Of a DNA stretch of 64,000 bases, positions 37,313 to 49,795 are shown in pieces. Within the stretch, counting starts at the first letter, position 1. Each line of letters starts with the position of its first letter. A model generated the notes under the pieces. It was not told where the DNA came from. It was given only the letters and a program-made list of their open reading frames with translations, and did not search any database. Source of the stretch: Felis catus (taxonomy: Eukaryota); the NCBI RefSeq assembly GCF_018350175.1, contig NC_058369.1, positions 6,946,001-7,010,000 of the forward strand. The letters run 5' to 3'. Made by a program: the position numbers and the translations under genes.

Positions 37313-39038
37313 AAGAGTTGCCACTTTCTGAGATGAGGAAACCATAGAGCCTAGGGACTGAGGTTGAGTTAGGTTATAAAGTGAACAATAATATACATTC
37401 AGTGAATCACAATATGCATATAACTGGATGAGTTTTCACAAACTAGTCACACTCATGTTGTCAGTATCCATTCAGATCAAGAAATAGAACTCAACCAGTA
37501 TCCAGGAAGCCCTCTGTTTCCCTGGCAATCAATGTCTGTCTGCCCCCTGGGTAATGACCCTCTGATGTCTAACAGTACAGATTACTTTGCCTGTTTTGAA
37601 CTTTGCGTATCAGTGGAGTACATTATGTCCTCATTTGTGTCTGGCTTTCTTTTTTTTCTTTTTTAAGTTTATTTATTTATTTTGAGAGAAAGAGTACATG
37701 CAAGGAAAGGCAGAGACAGTGGGAGAGAGAGAGAATCCCAAACAGTCTCCACACTGTTGGCAGAGTCTGACACGGGGCTTGATCCCATGAACCACGAGAT
37801 TATGACCTGAGCTGAAATCAAGAGTCAGAGGGACATTCAACAGACTGAGCCACCCAGGCGTAAGGTGTCTGGCTTTCTTACTTAACTCATTATGTTTGTG
37901 ATATTCATCTAGAATGTTACATATGGTGGCAGTTTGTTCATTCTTGGTTTGTGAATATGGTTACAGTTTATTCATTCTACTGTTAACTGGCGCTTGTATA
38001 GTTTCCAATTTTTGGTTACTAATAACAATGCTGCGTGAATGTTTCTGCACTTGTCTTTTGCCGAGGAGTGGAATTTCTGGGTTATAGGATATGCTTACGT
38101 GCAGCTGTAGTAGATTCCACCAGTTTTCCAGTGTGAATATGCCAAATTGCCCTCCCTGCAGCAACATGAGTTCTTCTTCTTCTCTAGCATCACTAACACT
38201 TAATATTTTCAGTCTTCTTATAGCCATTCTGTTGAGTGAGTAGTGGTATCTCATTGTGGTAATCTAATTAGCATTTCCCTAACAAAGTCAAGAACCTTTT
38301 CCTATGTTTATTGGCCATTTGGACATCCTGTTTTGTGATGTGTCCAGATTTTTTTTTTCCTATTGTTAAGTCGAGTTGCCTTTTTCTTGTTAATTTGTAA
38401 AAGTTCTTTATACAGCCTGAGTATGAATTCTTTTGTAGATATATGTTTTTCGTCCACTTCACGGGTTGTTTTTTTAACTATCGGTGATGTCTTTTGATGA
38501 GCAGTTCTTAATTCTTTTTAATCAGTTCTTAATTTTAATGTGTTCCAGCTTATCAAATCTTTCTTTCCTTTGCCTCCTATTTAAGAAATATCTCTCAGGG
38601 TGCCTGAGTGGCTCGGGTAAGCGAGCCGTGATCTCACGGTGGGTGAGTTCGAGTCCCGCATGGGGCTCTGTTCTGACAGCCTGTTTGGGGATTCTCTGTC
38701 TCCCTCTCTCTGCCCCTTCCACACTCTCTCTCTGGAAAAATAAATAAATTAATTTAAAAAAAGAAATATATGCCTATTCCAAGCGATGAAGTCATATTTT
38801 TCTTCATATTTTTTGTTTTGCCTCTCAATGATTTTGATTTTTGTGTACAGTATGAGAATGGACCCATCTTTACTGAAAATTTGGTCCTGGTCCCGCTGCA
38901 GTCATTAGTATCATACACCAGGTGGCGCTGTTCTCTTGCATTGGCCAGGTTTTTACTCCTGCATCAAACCCAAAGGAGTTTGGGGGTTTAACTCCACTTA
39001 CATAAAGTTCAAAAAACAGGCAAAACTCTTCCACGATG

Positions 39039-39760
39039 CGTAGGAGAGGGTGAAAAAATCTTCCCTTCTACCTTTCTAGGTTCTTGGATGGAGCTCTGTA
39101 GCAAAAGGCAGATTAACAAGAGAAAACATGTAAATTTGATTTTCTACTTGACAAGGGAGCCTTCATAAGGCAATGAAAGCACAAAGAAGTTAAGATAGGC
39201 ATTTTTTAAATTTTTTTTTAACGTTTATTTATTTTTGAGACAGAGAGAGACAGAGCATGAACGGGGGAGGGTCAGAGAGAGGGAGACACAGAATCGGAAA
39301 CAGGCTCCAGGCTCCGAGCTGTCAGCACAGAGCCGGACGCGGGGCTCGAACTCACGGACCGCGAGATCTTGACCTGAGCCGAAGTCGGCCGCCCAACCGA
39401 CTGAGTCACCCAGGCGCCCCAGTTAAGATAGGCATTTTTATGCAAAGTTTGATGAAGAGTAGAAAGTAGTGGGAAAATGTGATAGGACAAATGGATATAG
39501 GTTTCAGGGTAGTACACTGAGGGAAATTTAGTGATCCTGTTCATTCAGACTCCTCTCTGCATCACTTCATCTTCAGAGATAAAGATACTCCTTTCCTCTG
39601 GCACAGAAAGGACATCTATCACTTGAACATCTTACGATCTGATTCAGGGGAAGGTCAGAGAGTCCTTCCTGAGCCAGCTGTTTCTCGAATTCTTTTACCT
39701 TAACATATTCAATATGGTAAGGTGCCATATTTTAGGGCAGTTGTATTCTGAGTCCTATCA
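39039..39760 (-). mobile_element. MER34-like LTR interrupted by a young SINE (39205-39420, minus strand)
   Basis: Minus strand starts tgataggactcagaata...ccctaaaatatggcacctt; SINE TSD agttaagataggcattttt. Confidence 0.65.
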
Positions 39761-40287
39761 GATATCACAAGAATTCATAATAGGGTTTTTCTTGGAAGAT
39801 AAGGGGTTGTAGTGACAAGAACCATGAAAGAGGTTCTGGGTTTCTGGTAATTTTCTTTTTAAAAACCCTGGGCAGCAATTGCATAGGCATGTGACCTTTG
39901 TAGATTTTATGATTTGTGCATAGGTGTGCTCACTTTTAAAATTTATTTACAGGGGTGCCTGGGTGGCTCAGCCCATTAAGCGCCTGACTCTTGATTTCAG
40001 CTCAGGCCATGATCCCAGGGTCCTGGCTCTATGCTGAGTGTGGAGCCTGCTTAAGATTCTCTCTCTCCCTCTCCCCCTCCCCTGCTCATGCATGCATGCT
40101 CTAAATAAATAAATAGATTTTAGTCACAGACTTTCTGAATGTTTGCTATGCTTCAACAAATAATTTTAAAAATAAATAAAAGTCCACTTTAAGTATGTCT
40201 TTCCAGCTTCACTAGGCAGTCTGAATAACTAAAAGCCATTTACACAGGCAGGGCAGGGGGAGTGTTCACCAGGATTAACTCATCAAT

Positions 40288-40729
40288 TGTGAAAATTAAT
40301 AAAAGGAAACTTCATTTAGAATGGAATCTGGAAGGTGGGGAGTCAATGGGGTGCTCTCAGCCCTATCCCTCGTTGTCATTTGCAGACTAAACAAGAAGAG
40401 AGGCACCTAGCAAGTTCATATCACTTTACTATCCCAGCAAGAAGATAAAAGGTTTTCTCCTGTCCCGTTAACAGCCCAGCCAATGAGACACTATCACCAC
40501 TCAGTCAATGAAAATGCACTATACTTCAAAATACCAGTTTACGCTCATGGATTTTTTATGACAGCCTTCCCAACTTCCTGCTTTCCTTTATCAAAGGGCA
40601 TTCGCTCCTTTGTTCTGTGGACTCCTTAGCTTATTTGTCCAGGATTGCAATTCTCTGCTATTCCCAAATAAGTACCCCTTACTTTTTTGCTGCTAAAATA
40701 ACTGACAGTTTCATTTTTTAAGGTTAACA
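40288..40729 (+). mobile_element. Solo LTR, same family as 17548-17984
   Basis: tgtgaaaatt...aaggttaaca termini; collinear similarity with the 17.5-kb LTR. Confidence 0.72.
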
Positions 40730-40734
40730 TATTT

Positions 40735-40863
40735 TTTTTAATTTTATCTTTTATTTTTTAAAATTTACATCCAAGTTAGTTAGCATATAGTGAAACAACG
40801 ATTTCAGGAGTAGATTCCTTAATGCCCCTTACCCATTTAGCCCATCCCCCCTCCCGCCACCCC
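40735..40863 (-). mobile_element. 5'-truncated L1 3' end, same subfamily as the L1 at 1-3225
   Basis: Reverse complement of the 3070-3180 sequence; TSD aaggttaacatattt at 40720 and 40864. Confidence 0.9.
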
Positions 40864-40878
40864 AAGGTTAACATATTT

Positions 40879-41044
40879 AAGTTTATTTATTTCAAGAGAG
40901 AGAGGGAGAGAGAGACTCCAAAGCAGGCTCCAGTGCTGCCAGCACAGAGCCCGATGTGGGGCTCAAACTCAGGAACCGTGAGATCATGACCTGAGCCAAA
41001 ATCAAGAGTCAGTCACTCAACCAACTGAACCACCCTTGCACTCC
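40879..41044 (-). mobile_element. Older Can-SINE
   Basis: Reverse SINE followed by agattaacatattt. Confidence 0.88.
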
Positions 41045-42084
41045 AGATTAACATATTTTATCTCCCTACAATAGTCCTATCTTTCTACAGAAACACAATG
41101 TGCGTGAAGTTTTTCCAACCTTCGGGTGCTGTTTTCCTTAACAATACTTCCCACTGTTTGAGAAATATTGCAGAAACCTCCTACTCTTAATTTTGAAGAG
41201 TTAGGTGAGTGGTATTTTCCCCTTTCATTCATTCCATCAATTAATTCTTGTGAGTTTACTGGGATTCAGCACTGATTAGACAAATTGATCCTGATCCAGC
41301 ATTGTTTACTGATTTTAAATACCCATTTTCTGTTTTTATGACTCCAGGTCCTGCCTGAATCCTAACTGAATCTTTTTCCTTTTTTCCTCTTCTGTGCTGG
41401 CTCCAGATATCTAAGATATGACCCTTTACCCTCTCTGGAATCTCTCTGGAGTTTCCCCAGTCTTGACCCCAAGGATCCTCTGCCCCAGGTCTTACCATCT
41501 TTACTTGCCTCTCTGCAAAGTGGGCTTGGCTTGTTTTGTGCCCTTCTTGACCCTATACAACAATAATCAGATTACTTACTTTTCCCATTTGAGTCTCACA
41601 ATTTAGAAGCCAGCTCATTTACACAGAAGGGACAGACTATAGGCAACATACTGCAGTTGCCTGCCTTAGTGGAGTTGGGATTAGAACTCATGCTAAGAGG
41701 CAGGCATGGACTGCTTGCACTCCTCCTGGGCTCACCTTGTCTCGATAAACACCCTCACTGGCAGCTGGGTCTCCTAACTTTCTAGTTCAGGTATTATAAA
41801 AGAGGAACACAAAATGCTAATCTGGACTTTTCTAAGTCCCGACACTACCTCTCTTGACTCTGGAACAAGGAAAACTTTCCTTTTTTTTTTTGGCAAAGTG
41901 ATCAGGCTTTGGGGTGACGGTCAAAGTAGAATGGAACATTCCCTGGTGGACAGGACAAATCAAAATGTTGAGGGTTTTGTCAAGGTTTACAGTGGACAAG
42001 TGGGAAGATGGTGTTGCTATTATTTGAGGTTGAGAGGGTGAAGTCAGGAGTTTGATTTGTGGCATTTTAAAATATCTAAGTGGA

Positions 42085-42325
42085 GGGGCGCCTGGGTGGC
42101 TCAGTCGGTTGAGCGGCCGACTTCTGCTCAGGTCATGATCTTGCAGTCTGTGAGTTCGAGCCCCGCGTCGGGCTCTGTGCTGACAGCTCAGAGCCTGGAG
42201 CCTGTTTCAGATTCTGTGTCTCCCTCTCTCTGACCCTCCCCTGTTCATGCTCTGTCTCTCTCTGTCTCAAAAATAAATTTAAAAAACGTTAAAAAAAATA
42301 AATGTACTCAGCTGAATAAAAAAAA
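42085..42325 (+). mobile_element. Felid SINE
   Basis: TSD atatctaagtggag. Confidence 0.93.
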
Positions 42326-42529
42326 ATATATATCTAAGTGGAGAGTGCAAGTCTCATACCATCTGGAATCCAGGGTAGAGGTGGGGGGCTGTGGGTGGAA
42401 ATTTGAGCCTTGAGTGTATAAATAGTTCTAACACGGTGAGATTCGCTGCTACCACCAAGAGAATGATTATAAGACGAAAAGAAATCCGAGAACTGGGTTC
42501 TGGGACACTGGAACAATTGGAAGTTGGGA

Positions 42530-43260
42530 AATGTGGATCGTTAGACTCCAGTTGGGCACGACCGCCATAACCGTCTAAACTCGAGAACCACATCTCCCAG
42601 AATCCTCTCTGCCCCAGGCTTCCGAGTTAGAAGCCCCCCCCTTTGAAGTCCCGCGAGAGTTAGAAGGCGGAAGTGAAGCGGAAGCCATTGCTCTCGGGAG
42701 GCGATTGCGGCTATACACATGGGCAGAGGAGGCGTCCATCGCGGCTTTCACCCGGTTGTTGGGGACTCTCCACTTCCCCGCTACAGACCGCACCTGCTGT
42801 ATGAACTTGACGTCCTTTCAGCGGCAGCTTCCGTGACCTCCATTCCACCCAATTCTAACGTCAGCCTTGTAAGCCCCAATTTCCTCACTTAACCCTTTAC
42901 CCTCGGTCTTCCCGAGGACACGAAAGGCCCATAAGGCAGGGAGGAGTAATTGGGGACAGAGACCTGGGACCGGAAAGCCAGGCAGCCCGGTGAGGAGTGT
43001 GCTTTAGACTCTGTGATCAACGACATGAAATGCTGGTACGCGAGGACTGAAATTTAGGACCGCTGTGTTTAGGACAAGGGGAGGCACTGATGATCTGGTT
43101 TTTAAAAAAAAAGACCCCTTGGTGTGGAGAGGGAGAAGCCCCGCCCAAGTGAATTCAGGACTTTATGGTGGGGTCTGTCCGGAACGCGAGACCGGGAGGG
43201 TAATACCTTCCTTTTCTTTTGCGGTCCATTTTGTCCAATATTAATAGAGGCACACCGGCT
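42530..43260 (+). promoter_or_regulatory. ZNF317: CpG-rich promoter and non-coding first exon of ZNF317
   Basis: Clearest non-repeat, non-coding CpG-dense patch in the window; tandem ETS sites GGCGGAAGTG (42666) and GCGGAAG (42678); TCCCGCGAGA (42649); candidate donor CCG|GTGAGG at 42989. Confidence 0.65.
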
Positions 43261-43819
43261 TCCTATTAACATTTGTATTGAATGTTAAATCTTATATTTA
43301 AAACTTTTCCGTGAACTTCCCTGTTATTTTAGTTGACTGGTGTAAACAGCCTATAACTGGATTTAAAAGTTCACTTCAAAAAAAAAAGTTCACCTCAACG
43401 TTCTGTTATTTAACCTGAGAGTTAGTCCATTAACATTTATTGTGATTACTATTTTGCATTGATTTTTACTATCTTATTGTGGTTGCTATTTATCCTTTTC
43501 CTTTCAAATATTTTTTAATTGGAATATAAAACATGCAAAAAAAGTATGAAAACACTCTTTGCAAAAAACAAAAACAAAAACACACACTCTTAAAAGGACA
43601 GTGGTAAAGTGAATCTACAAACCAGACCAAGAAGGAGATTATGAAACATCGAACCTGTGTGGTCATTCCTGCATCCCCCTCATTCCCCTTAAATTCCTTT
43701 AAGGATTTTACTGTTTATATGTTTTTCCAAAAATGCATTTCCTAATTTGGTAATTATTTGTGAATGGACTCACTCAAGTGCTTTCAGAGACATTCTTTTT
43801 TCCATTAATGCAAGTACAC

Positions 43820-44015
43820 TTTTTTAAAAAAATTTTTTAATGTTTATTTTTGAGAAAGACTGTGTGAGCGGGGGAGGGGCAAAGAGGAGGAGACAGAATC
43901 GGAAGCAGGCTCCTGGCTCCAAGCTGATTCCGGGCTGGGGCTGGAACTCACAAACCGTGAGATCATGACCTGAATGGAAGTCTACCGCTTAACCGACTGA
44001 GCTACCCAGGCGCCT
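43820..44015 (-). mobile_element. Can-SINE
   Basis: TSD tgcaagtacactttt. Confidence 0.9.
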
Positions 44016-44534
44016 CTGCAAGTACACTTTTTAATTTAGAGATTTTTAAGTACCTTGTAGATGAAGTGCATACACTTACCCATTCTTTTTCAGACACTTC
44101 ATGGCTTAAATTTTAGGGTCAGTTTAGAGTTCCCCGTACTTGCATTTTCTTTTTCCTTTTTTTTTTTTTTTTTTAAGTTTATTTGTTTTGAGAGAAAGAG
44201 TGAGAGCATGGGAGGGGCAGAGAGAGAGGGAGAGAGAGAATCCCAAGCAGGCTCCGCGCTGTCAGCACGAGCTTGAGGCGGGATTGGACCTCATGAACCC
44301 TGAGATCATGAGCTGAGCTGAAACCAAGAGTGACACTTAACCGACTGAGCCACCCGGGCACCCATGGAGTTTTTATTTTCAAGTTGTGTTGAATATGTAT
44401 GTGCGTTTTTATAATGTTGGCATTATTTCATTGAATCTTACAATTAATCTTATTATATCTATTTATTGATATAGAATGTTTGCTTGTATATTCTACAATG
44501 CTTTTCAATGAAGTTTTAAAGGATTTAAGGAGTT

Positions 44535-44742
44535 GGGGCAGCTGGGTGGCTCAGCTGGTTGAGTGTCCAACTTCACCTCAGGTCATGATCTTGTGGTTCA
44601 TGAGTTCAAGCCCCACATCCAACTCTGCGCTGACGGCTCAGAGCCTGGACCCTGCTTCCGACTCTGTGTCTCCCTCTCTGCCCCTCCCCTGCTCCCACTC
44701 TGTCTCTATCAGAAATGAATAAATGTTAAAATTTTAATAAAT
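44535..44742 (+). mobile_element. Can-SINE
   Basis: TSD aaaggatttaaggagt. Confidence 0.92.
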
Positions 44743-46559
44743 AAAGGATTTAAGGAGTGTGTGTGTGAGAGAGAGAGGGAGAGTTTTGTTGTTAGATTTA
44801 TTTGTAGGATCTTTGTTTTTAGTGCTTAGGAATTTTTTTTTTCCCCAAGGGCTCGGTGTATTGAATTTGGGTTGGTTTTTGTGTAGTGTTTTGAATGTTC
44901 TTCATAGACAGTTTTATTCTCTGTAGAATAAATAGTAACTACTTTTATTTTCTGTTTGCATTATTCATTTTTTATTATTTACTTTGCTGGACTCGCTGGA
45001 GACTTCTGGTACCATTGAATCGAGTTTGGGCAGCAAACTCTAGGTAGTCCCATTTTTTCCCCCCAACCTTGGAAGGTAATTGACTTTTTATGTTGGTCGA
45101 AGCTTTTTTTTTTTTTTTTTAAGATAGTAAAGGAAGCTCCCTTCTTTTCCTAGTTTAAGAGTTTTTTCTCATGAAAGGTTTAGGCTTTTAACAAGTGAAT
45201 TTTTTTTTTCTGGAATCTGCTTTGATATCTGTTTATCTGTATATTTCTAGTACCTTAAACACTGCCTGGCTTGTGGTACTACTGTTGTGTATTGAATGCA
45301 TGAGTGCATAGTGTGATTTTCTTACTTGTCTGGTAATGTGGCAAATTAAATCAATTGGTTTTCTAATGATTCATGACGTTTGCGTTGGTAAATAACTTAC
45401 TTGTAAAGGTAGGCACTACTGTATCATTTTTGGCTTCCATTTGCTAGTGTGTTTGGAGATTTGGATCCGTGTTTGAGTAAAATTGGCTTGTAATTTTCCT
45501 TTTCTGTTTCAGGTTTATGCCAGTCTCATAAAATGGGGTGGGAATATTCCCTTTTTTCTAAACTCTGGAATATTTTGCCTAAGAATAGAATCACTTGTTC
45601 TGCAAAAGGGAGCTGCACCAGGAAAAAACCATTTAGGTCTGGGGTTTTCTTTGTGGAAATTTTTTGAGCAGTTGTTTCTTTGTTTCAGTTCCTTTAAAGG
45701 TCATAGGGCATCCAAGTTCTTTATTTCTTTATGGTAAGTAAAATTTCTTAAGGGATTTACTCATTCCTTCTAAGGTTTAAATTGTATAGTCAAAGTCGTT
45801 AATGTTTTTATTATATTTTTAATGTTTGTTACATCTGTACCATAATCTGGTTTTTCATTCATAGATTTTCCTTTTTTAAAAATAAAATAAGTCCTGCCAG
45901 AATTTTGTGAGTTTTGTTTTTCTTAGAGAACTTTTGCCTTGATTGAAAGACTTCATCATATGTATGTCTTTCATCTCATAACTTTCTGCTCTTTATAATT
46001 TTCTTCCTTTTACTTTTTTGCAGTATTTCTTTCCAGTTTCTAACATTGGATACTTGTCGCGTTCCAAAGAATTTCAGTGTATTTTATTATATTTCAGTTA
46101 TAAATATTATGTATTATGACTTCTTTGACATGTGAATTATTTAGAATTTTTTTCTTTTTTAATACTCATTCCTGTGACATTTTTCTCGTTACCCTTTGGA
46201 CACTGTTTGCTAACTTCATTGCATTGTTTTCAGAGATAGATGCCATTTTCTGAGACACGTTGTACCTGTGTGGTTGGAGTTTATAGTAGCTAGGGTATAC
46301 TGTTTCGTCTTGTTCAGTATGCATATAGTTACTGAATCATCTGCTTGAACCCTGTTAGTGAAACCTCTGGTGGTGGCTTTGTCCATGCTCCTTAGACTTC
46401 AGTCTTTTTTTATTTTTTATTTTTATTTTTTGAGTAGGCTCCATACCCAGCATGAAGCCCGGTGCGGGACTTGAATTCACCACCCTGAGATCAAGACCTG
46501 AGCGCTGAGATCAAGAGTTGGACGCTTAATCAACTGAGCCACCCAGGCGTCCCTCTATC

Positions 46560-46561
<2 letters not shown>

Positions 46562-46613
<52 letters not shown>

Positions 46614-46617
46614 TGTA
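46562..46617. repeat. (TG)n microsatellite
   Basis: Directly visible. Confidence 0.95.
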
Positions 46618-46841
46618 TTTGAGGCTGTTAAAACACATATGTGCGCATATGTATATATACATATACATACGGTTTTTTTCTTGAATTATACCTCTTTTCG
46701 TTATGTAATACCTCAGTTTTCTCTGAACCTTTTTGCCTTAGTTCTTTCTGTCGGATACTAATGTATTTAAACCAGATTTAAAAGAAAAGTGTGTGTCTTA
46801 TATACTTTTTATTTCCATTCTTGCTATATCTTTATGTTTTA

Positions 46842-48244
46842 TTTTTGTTTTATTTTTTTTTCATATATGAAATTTATTGTCAAATTGGTTTCCATACAAC
46901 ACCCAGTGCTCATCCCAAAAGGTGCCCTCCTCAATACCTATCACCCACCCGATCCTCCCTCCCACCCCCCATCAACCCTCAGTTTGTTCTCAGTTTTCAA
47001 CAGTCTCTTATGCTTTGGCTGTCTCCCACTCTAACCTCTTTTTTTTTTTTTTCCTTCCCCTCCCCCATGCCTTCCTGTTAAGTTTCTCAGGATCCACATA
47101 AGAGTGAAACCATATAGTATCTGTCTTTCTCTGTATGGCTTATTTCACTTAGCATCACACTCTCCAGTTCCATCCACGTTGCTACAAAAGGCCATATTTC
47201 GTTCTTTCTCATTGCCACGTAGTACTCCATTGTGTATATAAACCACAATTTCTTTATCCATTCATCAGTTGATGGACATTTAGGCTCTTTCCATAATTTG
47301 GCTATTGTTGAGAGTGCTGCTATACACATTGGGGTACAAGTGGCCCTATGCATCAGTACTCCTGTATCCCTTGGATAAATTCCTAGCAGTGCTATTGCTG
47401 GGTCATAGGGTAGGTCTATTTTTAATTTTCTGAGGAACCTCCACACTGCTTTCCAGAGTGGCTGCGCCAGTTTGCATTCCCACCAACAGTGCAAGAGGGT
47501 TCCCGTTTCTCCACATCCTCTCCAGCATCTATAGTCTCCTGATTTGTTCATTTTGGCCACTCTGACTGGCGTGAGGTGATACCTGAGTGTGGTTTTGATT
47601 TGTATGTCCCTGATAAGGAGCGACGCTGAACATCTTTTCATGTGCCTGTTGGCCATCCGGATGTCTTCTTTAGAGAAGTGTCTATTCATGTTTTCTGCCC
47701 ATTTCTTCACTGGGTTATTTGTTTTTTGGGTGTGGAGTTTGGTGAGCTCTATAGATTTTGGATACTAGCCCTTTGTCCGATATGTCATTTGCAAATATCT
47801 TTTCCCATTCCGTTGGTTGCCTTTTAGTTTTGTTGGTTGTTTCCTTTGCTGTGCAGAAGCTTTTTATCTTCATAAGGTCCCAGTAATTCACTTTTGCTTT
47901 TAATTCCCTTGCCTTTGGGGATGTGTCGAGTAAGAGATTGCTACAGCTGAGGTCAGAGAGGTCTTTTCCTGCTTTCTCCTCTAAGGTTTTGATGGTTTCC
48001 TGTCTCACATTCAGGTCCTTTATCCATTTTGAGTTTATTTTTGTGAATGGTGTGAGAAAGTGGTCTAGTTTCAACCTTCTGCATGTTGCTGTCCAGTTCT
48101 CCCAGCACCATTTGTTAAAGAGACTGTATTTTTTCCATTGGATGTTCTTTCCTGCTTTGTCAAAGATGAGTTGGCCATATGTTTGTGGGTCTAGTTCTGG
48201 GGTTTCTATTCTATTCCATTTGTCTATGTGTCTGTTTTTGTGCC
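46842..48244 (-). mobile_element. Young 5'-truncated felid L1 (about 1.4 kb; ORF2 C-terminus and 3'UTR)
   Basis: ORF2 fragments of 119 and 207 aa ([20 protein letters not shown]) separated by one frameshift; TSD atatctttatgtttta at 46826 and 48245. Confidence 0.96.
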
Positions 48245-48299
48245 ATATCTTTATGTTTTAGATGTCTGTTGTAAACAGCATATAGCTTGATTATTTGTT

Positions 48300-48517
48300 T
48301 AAAAATTTTTTTGATGTTTGTTTATTTTTGAGAGAGAGAGAGACAAGAGTGTGAGCAGGGGAGGGGCAGAGAGAGAGGGAGACACAGAATCCAAAGCAGA
48401 CTCCAGGCTCTGAGCTCTCAGCACAGAGTCTGACATGGGGCTCAAACTCACGAACTGCAAGGTCATAAGCTGAGCCGAAGTTGGACACTTAATGGACTGA
48501 GCCACCCAGGCGCCCCT
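48300..48517 (-). mobile_element. Can-SINE
   Basis: Reverse SINE. Confidence 0.92.
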
Positions 48518-48849
48518 AACTGGGTTGTTTTTAACCTGTTTTGAGAGTATCTATATTTTAGTTGAAGTATTTAGTCTATTAAATCTTGTGTGTTAACATA
48601 TCTGCCTGTTGAATTTGTCCTTTTTCTATTTTTCCTTTCCTCTAGCTTCCTTTGATTTGAATGTTTTTTCATTTCACTTTTTTTCCTCCGTACATTTTGA
48701 TTTTATATCCATATTTATTTACCCTAAAGAGGTTAGCCTTAGAAGAGAGAGTAGACATCTCCTTGTTTGTAATAGGAGAGGAGGAGAGTATCACAGATCG
48801 GTTTTGGGAGGAATTTTGTTAGAACTTTATAGAAACCAGAAAGTTAGAA

Positions 48850-49755
48850 ACACTCCTGTTAACTTTTTAAAAGTAAAGTATAATTTACCGTGAAGACAGT
48901 GCACAGATACTAGATCACTTTGATGAATTTTTTGACAGTTGTGTACATCGTGTAATCACTAGCTAAAAATAAATGTGAAGAATATTTCAGTTGCCCCAGA
49001 AAGTTCCTCTTGCTTCTTCAGTTTCTCCATCTCATGCTCTTCCACTGATGCAGCCATTTTTTTTTTACTTCTATCCACTGAAATAAACAAGTTTTGCTAA
49101 CAACCTGAATAAGTTCACCTACTCGTGGATGTCCTATGACTGGAATCGTAGAGCATTTTTTGTGTATAGTTTGTATTGGTCAACGTCGTGGAGTTTACAC
49201 TGTGTTGTGTGTGTCACCAGTTAGTGTTCGTTCAGTAATATTCCATTGCACATACCACAGTGTGTTTATCCATTCTGTTGTTGATGGATATTTAGATTGT
49301 TTACAGTTTGGGGCTATTATGAAATCAGATTGCTGTGAACATTTTGTATGAGTCTTTGTAACGTGTTTTAAAATTTTTCTCTTGGGTAAGTATCTATGAG
49401 TGGAATGGCTGAGTCCAATGGTAAAGAAACTGGCAAAATGTTGTCCAAAGTAGTTGAACCAGTTCAACCTCAGCCACCCATCCTTGCCAACGTTTGATGT
49501 TGGCAGTCTTTTTTATTTTGGCCACTCTAGAGGGTTAAAATGCTGTATCTTTAGTTTTGTTTGCATTCATCTGATAACTAATGACGTTGAATACCTTTTG
49601 ACAAGTTTGTTACATTTGTCATTACATTTTGTGCTTTAGCTTTTTTTTGTTGAATTGGTTTTTTAATTTTGTTTTATAGGAGTTCTTTATGTAATCTGAA
49701 TATACGAGCTCTTTGTTAAGTGTATGTACTACAATTATATTTTTTAAGTGTATCT

Positions 49756-49795
<40 letters not shown>

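Noticed and set aside
17548..40729. Two same-orientation, same-family LTRs as the ends of one provirus
   Set aside because: They are clearly diverged, the first has its own TSD on both sides, and the interval holds ZNF exons and an OR with no gag/pol/env.
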